The position numbers and the translations under genes are program-made. A stretch of 64,000 nucleotides of DNA from Candidatus Hydrogenedentota bacterium (GTDB taxonomy: Bacteria > Hydrogenedentota > Hydrogenedentia > Hydrogenedentales > SLHB01): positions 192,001 to 256,000 of the forward strand of contig CAVUWV010000009.1 of NCBI GenBank assembly GCA_963745075.1, written 5' to 3'. Positions 1-9,488 of the stretch are shown here, piece after piece. The first letter of the stretch is position 1; each line of letters begins with the position of its first letter. The notes under the pieces were generated by a model. The model saw only the letters and a list, made by a program, of their open reading frames with translations. It searched no databases and was not told where the DNA came from.

Positions 1-144
1 AGGATCCTCACTCATCATGAATTCCTTTTCCACGTTGAGACAACCAACAATTTCAACCCAGTCCGCGTTCCGCAAGATTGGCGGTGGGGCAATGGATGGC
101 GCTTTAGAATCTACCGCAGGTGATGCGGCGTGTTTCCAGGCCGT

Positions 145-853
145 CTATACGTATTCATCAGGCAGCCGCCACGGAGCATCCAACTGCGATTCCCGCATCT
201 TTTCGGCAAGGTCGGTCATCTTGTAGGGCACGTGGTGAAATTGCACGGACCAGGGATCGCCTTCCGTGCTGATCGACGCGTAACACGCGGTCGGACCTTC
301 GCCATGAAAGAGTCCCGCGCAGCCGGGATTGACAAACACGGTATCGTCGATGAGACGCCAATACGGTTCACGTCCGCCGCCCGCAATCACGATGTGGACG
401 TTTGCATATTCACGCTGGCGCCGGAATCGTGCCGGGTCGTCTTCGGCGCGAAGACGATCCGACTGACTCGCGGGTGTGCCGTAACACAGACAAACGGACA
501 GGCCTTCTACGGTCAACACGTTCTTTTTGCGAAGTGTGCCGAGGTACTCGAGGTTTTTACTGAAGGTGATTTGATGGGTCCAATCGACCGCTTCGACGAC
601 CGTGGGATCGACGCGGGTCTTCAAACTCTCTCGCTTCCGTTTCGCGCGTACGGCGAGACGGTCCAGTTCGCCCTGCACAGTATGGATGCGCTTCGATTGC
701 AGGATTTCGAGAACTTCGTTGGGCCAGGGATACCCAACAACGCTGTTTCCGGTGTTCACGACAGTGTGAATTCCGGCCCGTTCGAACGTCCAAAAGAACG
801 GCTTTCAGCGCGGGTAGATTACCTGAAATGCCCCCGAACGCGGCCATTAACAC
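145..853 (-). CDS. Metallophosphoesterase (YfcE/calcineurin-like)-fold protein with degenerate motifs; split by a +1 indel near 785
   Basis: ORF 557..916 (AFGGISGNLPALKAVL) joins ORF 145..759 (NTGNSVVGYPWPNEV...QGELD...FVNPG) if one base is removed; AAGGAG RBS upstream of GTG at 853. Confidence 0.7.
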
Positions 854-1081
854 CGAAAAGTCTCCTTTCAGGTCACCCTGCCTGGAACTACCCTTGCCCC
901 CAGTTGATGGACCCAATCACTATACCGTTCCCCAAAATGCGGGTTCAACGCGTTGTCTAAGTCCTTTTGATGTGGTGGCTTACAGGTGTTGTTTTGCTGG
1001 GGCGCGCGCGGGCGATTCCGAATCCCCTTTAGAATCAAGGCTTTTGTGAGCTGAATTTCATTTTAGCCCCAAAAATAGGGC

Positions 1082-1110
1082 TTGACAAAAGCCCCGTTAG
1101 TTTGTAAACC
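1082..1110 (+). promoter_or_regulatory. Putative sigma70 promoter of hup
   Basis: TTGACA-N17-TAAACC. Confidence 0.45.
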
Positions 1111-1248
1111 AAGCGCGTATCGGGTGGAGTCTCAGCCACCTGGAAAACGGAGGACCTCGAGTGCGGGCCGCGCCTCTTGCGCGGAACGGTGTGGCGAGCG
1201 TTCCTGCGAGGCGAAATCCTGGGACAGACCATGCGAGGAGGCAAGACT

Positions 1249-1542
1249 ATGGCAGGCAAGAAACCGATGACGAAAGCGCAAATTGTAACCACCTTGGCGG
1301 AGAAGACGGACCTGAGCAAAAAGGACGTCGGTAATGTTCTCGCCGAACTCACAAATCTCGCGTACAAAGAGGCGAAGTCCGGTTTCACGGTTCCGGGTTT
1401 GGGCAAGCTCGTGGTCGTGAATCGTAAGGCGCGCATGGGTCGCAATCCGGCCACTGGCGAATCGATCAAGATTCCCGCCAAGCGCGTATTGAAGTTCCGC
1501 ATCGCGAAAGCGGCGAAAGACGCCATCAGCCCCGGTAAATAA
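1249..1542 (+). CDS. hup: HU family DNA-binding protein
   Basis: MTKAQIV...GLGKLVVVNRKARMGRNPATGESIKIPAK HU/IHF signature; GAGGAGG RBS. Confidence 0.95.
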   Translation: MAGKKPMTKAQIVTTLAEKTDLSKKDVGNVLAELTNLAYKEAKSGFTVPGLGKLVVVNRKARMGRNPATGESIKIPAKRVLKFRIAKAAKDAISPGK

Positions 1543-1566
1543 CCGATACTTCCAGAACGCAGTCAT

Positions 1567-1601
1567 GGCCCGGACGGACATCCGGGCCTTCTTTCTTTTT
1601 T
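1567..1601 (+). terminator. Rho-independent terminator
   Basis: GGCCCGGA/TCCGGGCC stem followed by a T-rich tract. Confidence 0.85.
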
Positions 1602-1855
1602 GGCGGGAGAACACGTACGTTTTCTTGTGGCCGCTGACCTCACGGACTCGTTCTCGTGCTCGGATCGTCCAAGGGGGGACGAGATGCAATTGGGCTACCC
1701 CAACGCGTCGTTGCTCGACTGTTCCAAGACGCCGCATCTCGTCGAGTATACGTGCGAGAGCGAGTGCGACGTACGGATTGTGACGGCCTGTCACGACTTC
1801 GGTATACTCCGGCGAACCCTGCCCATGCTGGAATGGAAGTTCGAGAGGAAATCAC

Positions 1856-3871
1856 GTGTCGAATCGGTTTCATTCGGTTGTCGTTGGATGCATCGTCTTC
1901 GCGCTGGCTGTTCTCCTCACCGCGCGGTCCTTACACAGCGGATTCTCCACCGACGATCATTTCGCGCGTGCCGTCTTTCGCGGCTTCACCAACATACCGG
2001 AATACGCGCGAGCCGACCGGAATGCGTTCCTGTTTTCCGATGGCGACCCTGAGAAGAATCTCGCGCTCATGGATCGCGGCGTGTTTCCCTGGTGGAGCGT
2101 GCCGACTGCCCGGCTCGCCTTTTGGCGGCCACTCGCGAGCTGGACCCACTACCTGGACTACCGCCTGTGGGGCCGCAACCCCTTCCCGATGCACCTCGAG
2201 AACGTTCTACTGTATGCATTGCTCTGCGTGCTGGCTTCCATATTGTACCGCCGCTTCATGGAACCCCCGTGGGTCGCTGGGTTCGCCGCGCTGCTTTTTA
2301 CGATCGACGAGAACAACGGGCACGCCGTGGGATGGATTGCCAATCGCAACATGTTGATGGCGGCGTGTTGCGTTGTCGTCATTCTCCTCGTTCACGATGC
2401 CTGGCGGCGGGGGGGATGGAAGGCGGGAGCCATTCTGGGGCCCGTGGTCCTTGCATTCGGCTTCCTCTGCGCCGAGGCGGTCATCGCGGCCGGCGCGTAC
2501 TTGTTGGCGTACGCACTCTTTCTCGACAAGGGTCGTTGGCTGCGTCGTTTTCTGACGCTCGTCCCTTACGGAATCGTGGTCGTCGTTTGGAATCTCTTCT
2601 ATCGAATGTCGGGATACGGTTCGGCGGGATCCGGCTGGTACACCGACCCCGCGACCGATCCGTTCGGTTTCCTGAAAGCCCTCGTAACGCACGTGCCCAT
2701 ACTGGTGGCCGATCTGTTCGTCATGTGGCCCGCGCCCCTGTTGAATCGCTTCAACGCAGCCCTGTTTCCGTATATCGTCGCACTGCTCGCCGTGGTTGTG
2801 TTGGGTATGCTTTGGGTGTTGAAGCCGCTGCTTAAACGCGATGCCGTTTCCCGGTTCTGGCTTTTCGGGATGGTCCTGGCCTTGGCGCCGGTAAGTGCCG
2901 TCACACCGCAGCCGCGTGTTGTTCTACTGGCCGGGATAGGCTGCGCCCCGCTCATCGCGCGCTATCTTTCGGGCTGGGCGACGCGGGAACAGTGGACCGG
3001 GTTTGCCGTCGGCTTGGCCATCCTGGGCACCGTCGCCTACGTGGTCGGATTGCCAACCCTTACGTTCTACTCGCAGGCCGCGCTAATTCTCGGGACGTTA
3101 ATCGTTCTCGGCTTCCTGTTGTACCGCGCCGACAAACACGGCGAATGGATGCCCAGTCGACGTTCCTGGCGCGTGGCGGGCGCGGGACTGGCCTACCTCT
3201 GGGTGATCTTTCACGTCGTCGTCGCGCCGATAGCCATGCCCGGCTCGAGCATGCTCCTGGGCGTTACCTCCAAGAAGATGGAGCAAGCATACGCGTCGAT
3301 CCCGTCCGAACCCCAAGTGACGAACGACACCGTTGTGATTCTCCAAGCCAAGACCGATTTCATGCCCTGGCATTTTGCGCTGATTCGGGGCTCGCTCGAT
3401 ATTCCCTATCCGGGTCACGTGCGCGTGCTTTCCGCGGGGAATCGGCAAGTGACAGTTGAACGTCCGGACGACAATACGCTAATCCTGCGGGCTCAACCGA
3501 ACCTGATTGGCAACCCCTCGACCAGCGTTTTTCGTTCCGGGAACGATCCTATGCGCCCCGGCGACGAGATTAAACTCTCCGGCGCAACCGTGCGCGTACT
3601 GGAGGTGGACGGCTTTGGCTTGCCTTCGGCCGCTCGATACCGGTTTGATGCGCCCTTGGACGATACGTCGTTCGTATGGCTCACCGTTGCGAGTATCCCT
3701 TATGAATTAAAGAACATCGGCCGGTATATTCACATTGAGTACTATGTCACCGTGGATCTTCCTGGGGTTGGTGAGTCGTTGCCCCTCGACACGCTGGTCG
3801 AGCGGAGCGAAGAGTACCGGGAGCTGGTCGACGGAGGAGACCGCGACGCCGAACCGGCCCGCGGCTCGTGA
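1856..3871 (+). CDS. Polytopic membrane protein, GT-C-like (PMT/TMTC-related) glycosyltransferase
   Basis: DD motif after first TM (GFSTDDHF), FWRPL, many TM helices, soluble C-terminal domain. Confidence 0.65.
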   Translation: MSNRFHSVVVGCIVFALAVLLTARSLHSGFSTDDHFARAVFRGFTNIPEYARADRNAFLFSDGDPEKNLALMDRGVFPWWSVPTARLAFWRPLASWTHYLDYRLWGRNPFPMHLENVLLYALLCVLASILYRRFMEPPWVAGFAALLFTIDENNGHAVGWIANRNMLMAACCVVVILLVHDAWRRGGWKAGAILGPVVLAFGFLCAEAVIAAGAYLLAYALFLDKGRWLRRFLTLVPYGIVVVVWNLFYRMSGYGSAGSGWYTDPATDPFGFLKALVTHVPILVADLFVMWPAPLLNRFNAALFPYIVALLAVVVLGMLWVLKPLLKRDAVSRFWLFGMVLALAPVSAVTPQPRVVLLAGIGCAPLIARYLSGWATREQWTGFAVGLAILGTVAYVVGLPTLTFYSQAALILGTLIVLGFLLYRADKHGEWMPSRRSWRVAGAGLAYLWVIFHVVVAPIAMPGSSMLLGVTSKKMEQAYASIPSEPQVTNDTVVILQAKTDFMPWHFALIRGSLDIPYPGHVRVLSAGNRQVTVERPDDNTLILRAQPNLIGNPSTSVFRSGNDPMRPGDEIKLSGATVRVLEVDGFGLPSAARYRFDAPLDDTSFVWLTVASIPYELKNIGRYIHIEYYVTVDLPGVGESLPLDTLVERSEEYRELVDGGDRDAEPARGS

Positions 3872-3878
3872 GGGAGGC

Positions 3879-5639
3879 ATGCCGGTCCCATCCGCGTTAA
3901 GCGTCAAAGCCCGTGTAGCGGCGGCTATCGCGGTCGCCGTGGTAGCGCTCTACGTTCAAACGTTCTTCTTTCCCTTTGTCTACTTCGATGACGACGTCTA
4001 CGTGTTCCAGAATCCCGTTGTCACTTCCGGCTTGACCTGGCCCGGCGTCTTATGGGCGTTCACCTCCGGCTATGCCGCCAATTGGCACCCGCTGACCTGG
4101 CTTTCCCACATGCTTGACGTGCAGCTCTTCGGTATGGCGGCGGGCGCGCATCATGCGGTAAGCGTGGCATTTCACGCGTTGAATTGCGCGCTTCTGTTTC
4201 TGCTATTGCACCGCATGACGGGCGCCACAGGCCGGAGCGCATGCCTAGCGCTGCTCTTCGCCGTACACCCGGTGAACGTCGAGTCCGTCGCGTGGATTGC
4301 CGAACGCAAAAATGTTTTAAGCACCTTCTTTCTGTTTGTCACGCTGATCGCCTATGTGCGATACGTCGAACGCCCCGGTTTCGCGCGGTATGGCACAGTC
4401 TTCGCGGGACTGGTATGCGGTTTGATGGCCAAGCCCATGCTCGTGACGCTGCCCTTCGCCATGATGTTGCTCGACTATTGGCCGTTGAATCGCTACGCGG
4501 GGTGTACCCCCATGCACGCGCTTCGCCGGGCCGGGCGGCTCGCCTATGAGAAGACGCCGCTTTTCCTTCTTTCTCTCATCGCGTCCATCGTCACCTACGT
4601 CGTACAACAACAGGGTCAGGCCATGGAGGCCATGGCCGGACTGACGCTTCGGGCACGACTCGCCAATGCGATACTGGCGTACGTGGGGTACCTGAAACAT
4701 CTCGTTTGGCCCGTGCACCTTTCCGCGATCTATCCCTTTCCCAGCGAACCGGCGGGTTCGTTCGCGATTGCGGCGGCGTTACTGCTGCTCGGCGTGTTCA
4801 GTGCAGTTTCATTAGTGCTCATCCGTCGCGCGCCGTACCTATTCGTCGGATGGTTTTGGTTTGTGGGAACATTGATTCCCACGATCGGGATCGTACAGGT
4901 GGGATATCAATCCATGGCGGACCGGTATCTCTACGTGCCTGCCATTGGTATTTTCTTGATCGTTGCGTGGGGCGCGGAAGCGATTCGGCGCCGGCTGCGG
5001 ATCAATCGGCGGGCGGCGCGTATAGCGGCGGCTTCGATATTCTCCGTGCTTGCCGTGTTGTGCTGGCGCGAGACGGCGGTCTGGCGTGGCACCGTACCCC
5101 TGTTTGAACATGCCATCGCCGTGACGGGGGTGAATGCCGAAGCGCACAATCATCTCGGGTACTATTACCTCACCCAGAACGAGCCCGCCAAAGCCGTTCC
5201 TCATTTCGAAGCGGCCCACCGTGAACGCCCAAACCTTTCCGCGACGTATTCGAACTGGGGAGCCGCGTTGCGCATGCAGGGCGACGTACCGGGCGCGATC
5301 CAAAAGTACCACGAAGCGTTGCGGCTGAATCCGGACGATCCGACGGCGTTGGGAAATCTCGGGGTCGCGTTACTTCAGTTGGGCCGGGTCGATGAGGCGC
5401 GGGAACGGCTGGAGGAGGCCGTCCGGCTCAATCCGAATTCGGCCAACACCCATACATATCTCGGCATCGCGTTGATCGCGCAGGGCGATACGGGCGAAGC
5501 CATCCGACATCTGCGCAGGGCGGTGGCGCTCGACCCGGGTCATACACAGGCCCGGGCCGCATTGGACGCGCTGCAGCCGGAGGCCTATCATGATGCAGGC
5601 CAGAAGCGCAGCCGCCATGGACGAGACCACTCAGAGTAG
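3879..5639 (+). CDS. TMTC-like membrane protein with C-terminal TPR repeats
   Basis: FDDDVY, NWHPLTWLSH, HPVNVESVAWIAERK, ADRYLYVP motifs; TPR repeats at C-terminus. Confidence 0.85.
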   Translation: MPVPSALSVKARVAAAIAVAVVALYVQTFFFPFVYFDDDVYVFQNPVVTSGLTWPGVLWAFTSGYAANWHPLTWLSHMLDVQLFGMAAGAHHAVSVAFHALNCALLFLLLHRMTGATGRSACLALLFAVHPVNVESVAWIAERKNVLSTFFLFVTLIAYVRYVERPGFARYGTVFAGLVCGLMAKPMLVTLPFAMMLLDYWPLNRYAGCTPMHALRRAGRLAYEKTPLFLLSLIASIVTYVVQQQGQAMEAMAGLTLRARLANAILAYVGYLKHLVWPVHLSAIYPFPSEPAGSFAIAAALLLLGVFSAVSLVLIRRAPYLFVGWFWFVGTLIPTIGIVQVGYQSMADRYLYVPAIGIFLIVAWGAEAIRRRLRINRRAARIAAASIFSVLAVLCWRETAVWRGTVPLFEHAIAVTGVNAEAHNHLGYYYLTQNEPAKAVPHFEAAHRERPNLSATYSNWGAALRMQGDVPGAIQKYHEALRLNPDDPTALGNLGVALLQLGRVDEARERLEEAVRLNPNSANTHTYLGIALIAQGDTGEAIRHLRRAVALDPGHTQARAALDALQPEAYHDAGQKRSRHGRDHSE

Positions 5640-5663
5640 CGGCCCCAATGGGGAGACCGGGTC

Positions 5664-6641
5664 ATGAGTCGAGACAGCAATGACGGAGTTGCAGCGCCCA
5701 TGCGCGTCATGGACTCGCTCAGCGACGCAATCCAGCACACGCGACAAATGCTCTTCGAGCCCTTCGAGTTCGAACGCTGGCTGATGTTCGGCGTCATTGC
5801 GTTTCTGGATGTGGCCCTTGCCGGCGGTGGGTTGGCCCAGACCGGCGGCCGGTTCTCCTTCCCGGGCGGTCAAGACTCCCGGTCGACTGCCAGTTCCTCC
5901 GACATGCAGCATGCTATGGAGTGGATCGGCCAGCATTTCGGAACCATCATCCTGGTCGCGGTCCCGCTCGTCCTTATCGTGTTGGCTATCCACATTGCCT
6001 TGCTCTATGTCGGCTGCCGCGGTCAAGTCATGTTTGTTCGTGCCGTGGCGTTGAACGGGGGGCGGATTGGCGAACACTGGAGCGCCGTTAAGGATGCTGC
6101 GTTTTCGTTGTTCGCCTTTCGGCTCGTATTGCTTGCTATCGGATTCACATCGATGCTTGTGATTTTGGCACTCGCCGTCATCGTGGTGTTGGCGCAGGGC
6201 GGGATTCAATCCGGTGAGGCGTTGCTCGTGACGGCGATTCCGTTCGTGCTCGTCTTCCTTGCCTTCGTAATCACATTCGGATTAATCCACCTCTTTCTAC
6301 GAAGTTTTGTCGTGCCGCTGATGTGGGCCCGCGATCTCAGATGTGTTCAAGCCTGGCACGTTTTTCTGGGCATCGCGCGTGACAATGTGGGCCCCTTACT
6401 CTTGTACGTCATCATTAAAATCGCGTATGGCATCGGTTTCGCCTTCGTGACCTTGCTGGCCGGATGCCTGACCTGTTGTATCGGCTGGATACCCGTGATC
6501 CACCACGTGCTCTTCGCCCCGTACTATGTGTTCGATCGGGCGTTTTCGATGGAAATGCTTGCATCGACGGGGCGAGGCGACTTGACCCTGCATCCAGGCT
6601 TCGGTGTTGCGGATGCGGGAGTGTCCAACCAGACCGCATAA
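5664..6641 (+). CDS. Hypothetical integral membrane protein
   Basis: 325-aa ORF with several TM segments and a CLTCCIG motif. Confidence 0.75.
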   Translation: MSRDSNDGVAAPMRVMDSLSDAIQHTRQMLFEPFEFERWLMFGVIAFLDVALAGGGLAQTGGRFSFPGGQDSRSTASSSDMQHAMEWIGQHFGTIILVAVPLVLIVLAIHIALLYVGCRGQVMFVRAVALNGGRIGEHWSAVKDAAFSLFAFRLVLLAIGFTSMLVILALAVIVVLAQGGIQSGEALLVTAIPFVLVFLAFVITFGLIHLFLRSFVVPLMWARDLRCVQAWHVFLGIARDNVGPLLLYVIIKIAYGIGFAFVTLLAGCLTCCIGWIPVIHHVLFAPYYVFDRAFSMEMLASTGRGDLTLHPGFGVADAGVSNQTA

Positions 6642-6766
6642 TGTGCGACGGTATCAGGGCTGGACGAAACCGCGGTTTGACCCTTGCCGTAGCTTCTTCT
6701 GAATTCACAGAGGCGCGCCAAGGCAACGTATTGCACCGAAGGGTTTTGGAATACGAGTGTATATCA

Positions 6767-7174
6767 ATGGCCATTAGCGGCTTACGAAGCAAAAGAGTTC
6801 TTCTCGGTGGTCTGCTCGTGTTGGCCAGCGTGGCGTGGGTATACTCCGCGATTGACACCCATCGTCTTCGCACCAATCTGGCGGATTCCGCACAAGACGA
6901 GGTGGCGCACTATTCGCATCTTGCGTCAGCCGATTCCTCCTCCGAAACGGTCACGGTTGTTACCGCCAGCCGCAGATTTGTATTATTCGGCCCTGCTATC
7001 GGAAAGGTGGCCCTTTACATCAAGTCGACACCGCCGGAAGGCAAGAGCCGGTACGCGGGCGTTGAAATCGGATTTGCGTGCAAAAATGGTACGTGGGTCG
7101 AGACCGATAGTGGCAGATGCGAAGGCCAAGAATGTATCATAAGAGCCAAGCATGCCTTTGGCGACGATGCGTAG
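6767..7174 (+). CDS. Hypothetical N-anchored membrane protein (paralog of next gene)
   Basis: One N-terminal TM; shares RxFVLFGP, RYxx(V/I)EIGF and WVxTxS with 7300..7719. Confidence 0.7.
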   Translation: MAISGLRSKRVLLGGLLVLASVAWVYSAIDTHRLRTNLADSAQDEVAHYSHLASADSSSETVTVVTASRRFVLFGPAIGKVALYIKSTPPEGKSRYAGVEIGFACKNGTWVETDSGRCEGQECIIRAKHAFGDDA

Positions 7175-7299
7175 CGAGTGATCTCGGCGAGGCGCGAAAT
7201 CCGACAAGGCAGCGATGGCTTATCGCCGGTTAAATCGATCAAGCGGCGTTGTCGCAAAGCCGATAGCAAATCATCAAGTAAGTAAAGGGGAGAGATACC

Positions 7300-7719
7300 G
7301 TGTCCAAACTACCAAAGATTCAGCGCCGGCAGATTCCACTCTTTGTTTTGTTGATCCTGGTTCTCGGAGTGTGGGTCTACACGCTCGTGGACAACTACAT
7401 GATGCGTCGTAATCTCGATATGGAATCCCGAAGCCAAGTCACGAAGGTCTCCCAGGATTACAGTTCGGAAGATGGAGTCGAGACGGTCAAGACCGTATCC
7501 GCGAATCGTGAGTTCGTACTGTTTGGACCTACGAAGGGCACGGTTACCGTATTCTTCAAGAATCCGGCCAAAGAAGAGCAATTCAGGTACTCCGCCATCG
7601 AGATCGGATTCATGCAGCAGGAGAACCACTGGGTCATGACGGAAAGCCGGGGCCTTGATCGTGGCGAAGTCAATCGGATCAGGGAAGTGTTTGGCGATCC
7701 GATTATGGAGCACAGTTAA
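7300..7719 (+). CDS. Hypothetical N-anchored membrane protein (paralog of previous gene)
   Basis: One N-terminal TM; GGGGAG RBS; shared motifs. Confidence 0.75.
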   Translation: MSKLPKIQRRQIPLFVLLILVLGVWVYTLVDNYMMRRNLDMESRSQVTKVSQDYSSEDGVETVKTVSANREFVLFGPTKGTVTVFFKNPAKEEQFRYSAIEIGFMQQENHWVMTESRGLDRGEVNRIREVFGDPIMEHS

Positions 7720-7757
7720 CGTACACGGGATCCCGGGGGGCTTCACGACGCTATAGC

Positions 7758-8765
7758 TTACAGTCGTCGAACGACTGCGTCCGCGAAGTCCGTAGTCCCG
7801 CCGGTGCCGCCGATATCCCGGGTTAGCTCGGCAGGATTGCCTTCCGCAAGCACGGCGTCGTAGGCTTCGCGAATTCGCGTGGCGGCATCCATTTCACCGA
7901 CGTGGTTCAGCATCATCACCCCGCTCATGATCAGGGCCAGGGGGTTGGCCATGTTCTTCCCGGCAATATCCGGCGCGCTCCCGTGGACGGCTTCAAAGAC
8001 TGCGCACCCGTCGCCGATGTTTGCGCCGGGCACAACGCCGAGACCGCCCACGAGGCCCGCGCATAAGTCGCTCACGATGTCGCCGTAGAGGTTTTCCATC
8101 AGTACCACGTCGAACCGCGTCGGGTCGCGGACCAGTTGCATGCAGCCGTTGTCGATGATCAGTTCTTCGTACTCGACCCCGTTCGCCATCGCGTCTCGCA
8201 CTTCGCGCGCGCAGGTCAGGAACAATCCGTCGGATTTCTTCAGGATGTTTGCTTTGTGAAAGACCGTGACGCGTTTACGCTCGCGCGCGTGGCAATAGTT
8301 GAAAGCAAACTTCGCGATACGCTCGCACGCGGGTCGCGTCGCGATCTTCAGGCTTTGCACCACCCCCGCAGTGATTTCGTTTTCGAGGCCCGAATACAGG
8401 CCCTCCGTATTCTCGCGCACCACCACCAGGTCGACATTCTCATACCGTGTCTTGACGCCCGGCAAGGACCGTACGGGACGAACCGCCGCGTAGAGGTTGA
8501 GGCGTTTGCGAAGTCCAACGTTCACGCTGGTGAATCCGCCTCCGATGGGCGTGGTTACCGGACCTTTCAGCGCGACGCGATGGGCTTCGATGGCCCGCAC
8601 CGTTTCTTCCGGAAGCACTTCGCCGTACTTTTCCACGGCTGCCGCCCCGGCAGGTAGCGAAACCCAATCCACTTTCACGCCGGACGCATCGATGACTTGC
8701 TGCGCAGCAAGTGAAACTTCCGGCCCGATGCCGTCACCCGAAATAATACAAATCGTATGAGCCAT
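7758..8765 (-). CDS. Isocitrate/isopropylmalate dehydrogenase family (NAD-IDH-like)
   Basis: GDGIGPEV, RENTEGLY, NLYGDIVSD, FEAVHGSAPDIAG. Confidence 0.93.
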   Translation of the reverse strand: MAHTICIISGDGIGPEVSLAAQQVIDASGVKVDWVSLPAGAAAVEKYGEVLPEETVRAIEAHRVALKGPVTTPIGGGFTSVNVGLRKRLNLYAAVRPVRSLPGVKTRYENVDLVVVRENTEGLYSGLENEITAGVVQSLKIATRPACERIAKFAFNYCHARERKRVTVFHKANILKKSDGLFLTCAREVRDAMANGVEYEELIIDNGCMQLVRDPTRFDVVLMENLYGDIVSDLCAGLVGGLGVVPGANIGDGCAVFEAVHGSAPDIAGKNMANPLALIMSGVMMLNHVGEMDAATRIREAYDAVLAEGNPAELTRDIGGTGGTTDFADAVVRRL

Positions 8766-8819
8766 GGTACTGCAAACCTCCGCCGCTGGCTGGCGATTCT
8801 CACTTGCGAAGCAAGTTTG

Positions 8820-8877
8820 AAAGTCTCTGATGGAAGGGGTCTGGGGAAACCTCTTCCTCAGAAAAAGTTTCCCCAGA
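8820..8877. repeat. REP-like palindrome family B, copy 1
   Basis: TCTGGGGAAAC...GTTTCCCCAGA stem around TTCCTCAGAAAA; similar to 25895..25949. Confidence 0.7.
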
Positions 8878-8896
8878 TAATCAAAACTCTGTGATT

Positions 8897-9310
8897 CTAT
8901 AATGCGTCCGCGCCTGCGGTAGCACAGGCGTGATCGTTTTCGACGCTGGAACCGGAAACGCCGATGGCACCGACGACGTTGCCCGATTCGTCCTTCAGCG
9001 GCACGCCGCCGGGGAACGTGATCAGCCCGCCGTTCGACACTTCGATATTGTACAACGAGCCGCCCGGCTGGCTCAGTTCACCGATAGCGCCGGTCGGCAT
9101 GTCGAAAAACCGCGCCGTCCGTGCCTTCTTGATCGAAATGTCGATGCTGCCCAGCCACGCGCCGTCCATGCGGGCGAACGCCTTGAGATTCGCGCCCGCG
9201 TCGACCACCGCAATGTTCATTTTACAATTAATCTCGGTAGCCTTCTTCCGGGCCGCCTCGACGACGCGCTGCGCCGACTCCAATTCAATATCCGGTGTGT
9301 TCAGACCCAT
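8897..9310 (-). CDS. GlcG/HbpS heme-binding family protein
   Basis: [41 protein letters not shown]. Confidence 0.92.
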   Translation of the reverse strand: MGLNTPDIELESAQRVVEAARKKATEINCKMNIAVVDAGANLKAFARMDGAWLGSIDISIKKARTARFFDMPTGAIGELSQPGGSLYNIEVSNGGLITFPGGVPLKDESGNVVGAIGVSGSSVENDHACATAGADAL

Positions 9311-9488
9311 GGTCTAAGCTCCTCCTTTGTCCAGTTAACAAACGGAATGCACCCCTTAGAGTTTCCGTTTCGCTTGCACCAACCGCAAAAGTAGCATCGG
9401 TCACGGGCCGGGTCAAGGTGACGCCTTGATTGTACTGGATGCCTTTGCCAGACTGCGGTCGTATCAAATGACGCGGGAGGGAGGACGC

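Noticed and set aside
1..18. Possible gene start on the minus strand (ATG ATG AGT GAG GAT CCT with AAGGA RBS)
   Set aside because: Only six codons are inside the window; no product can be assigned.
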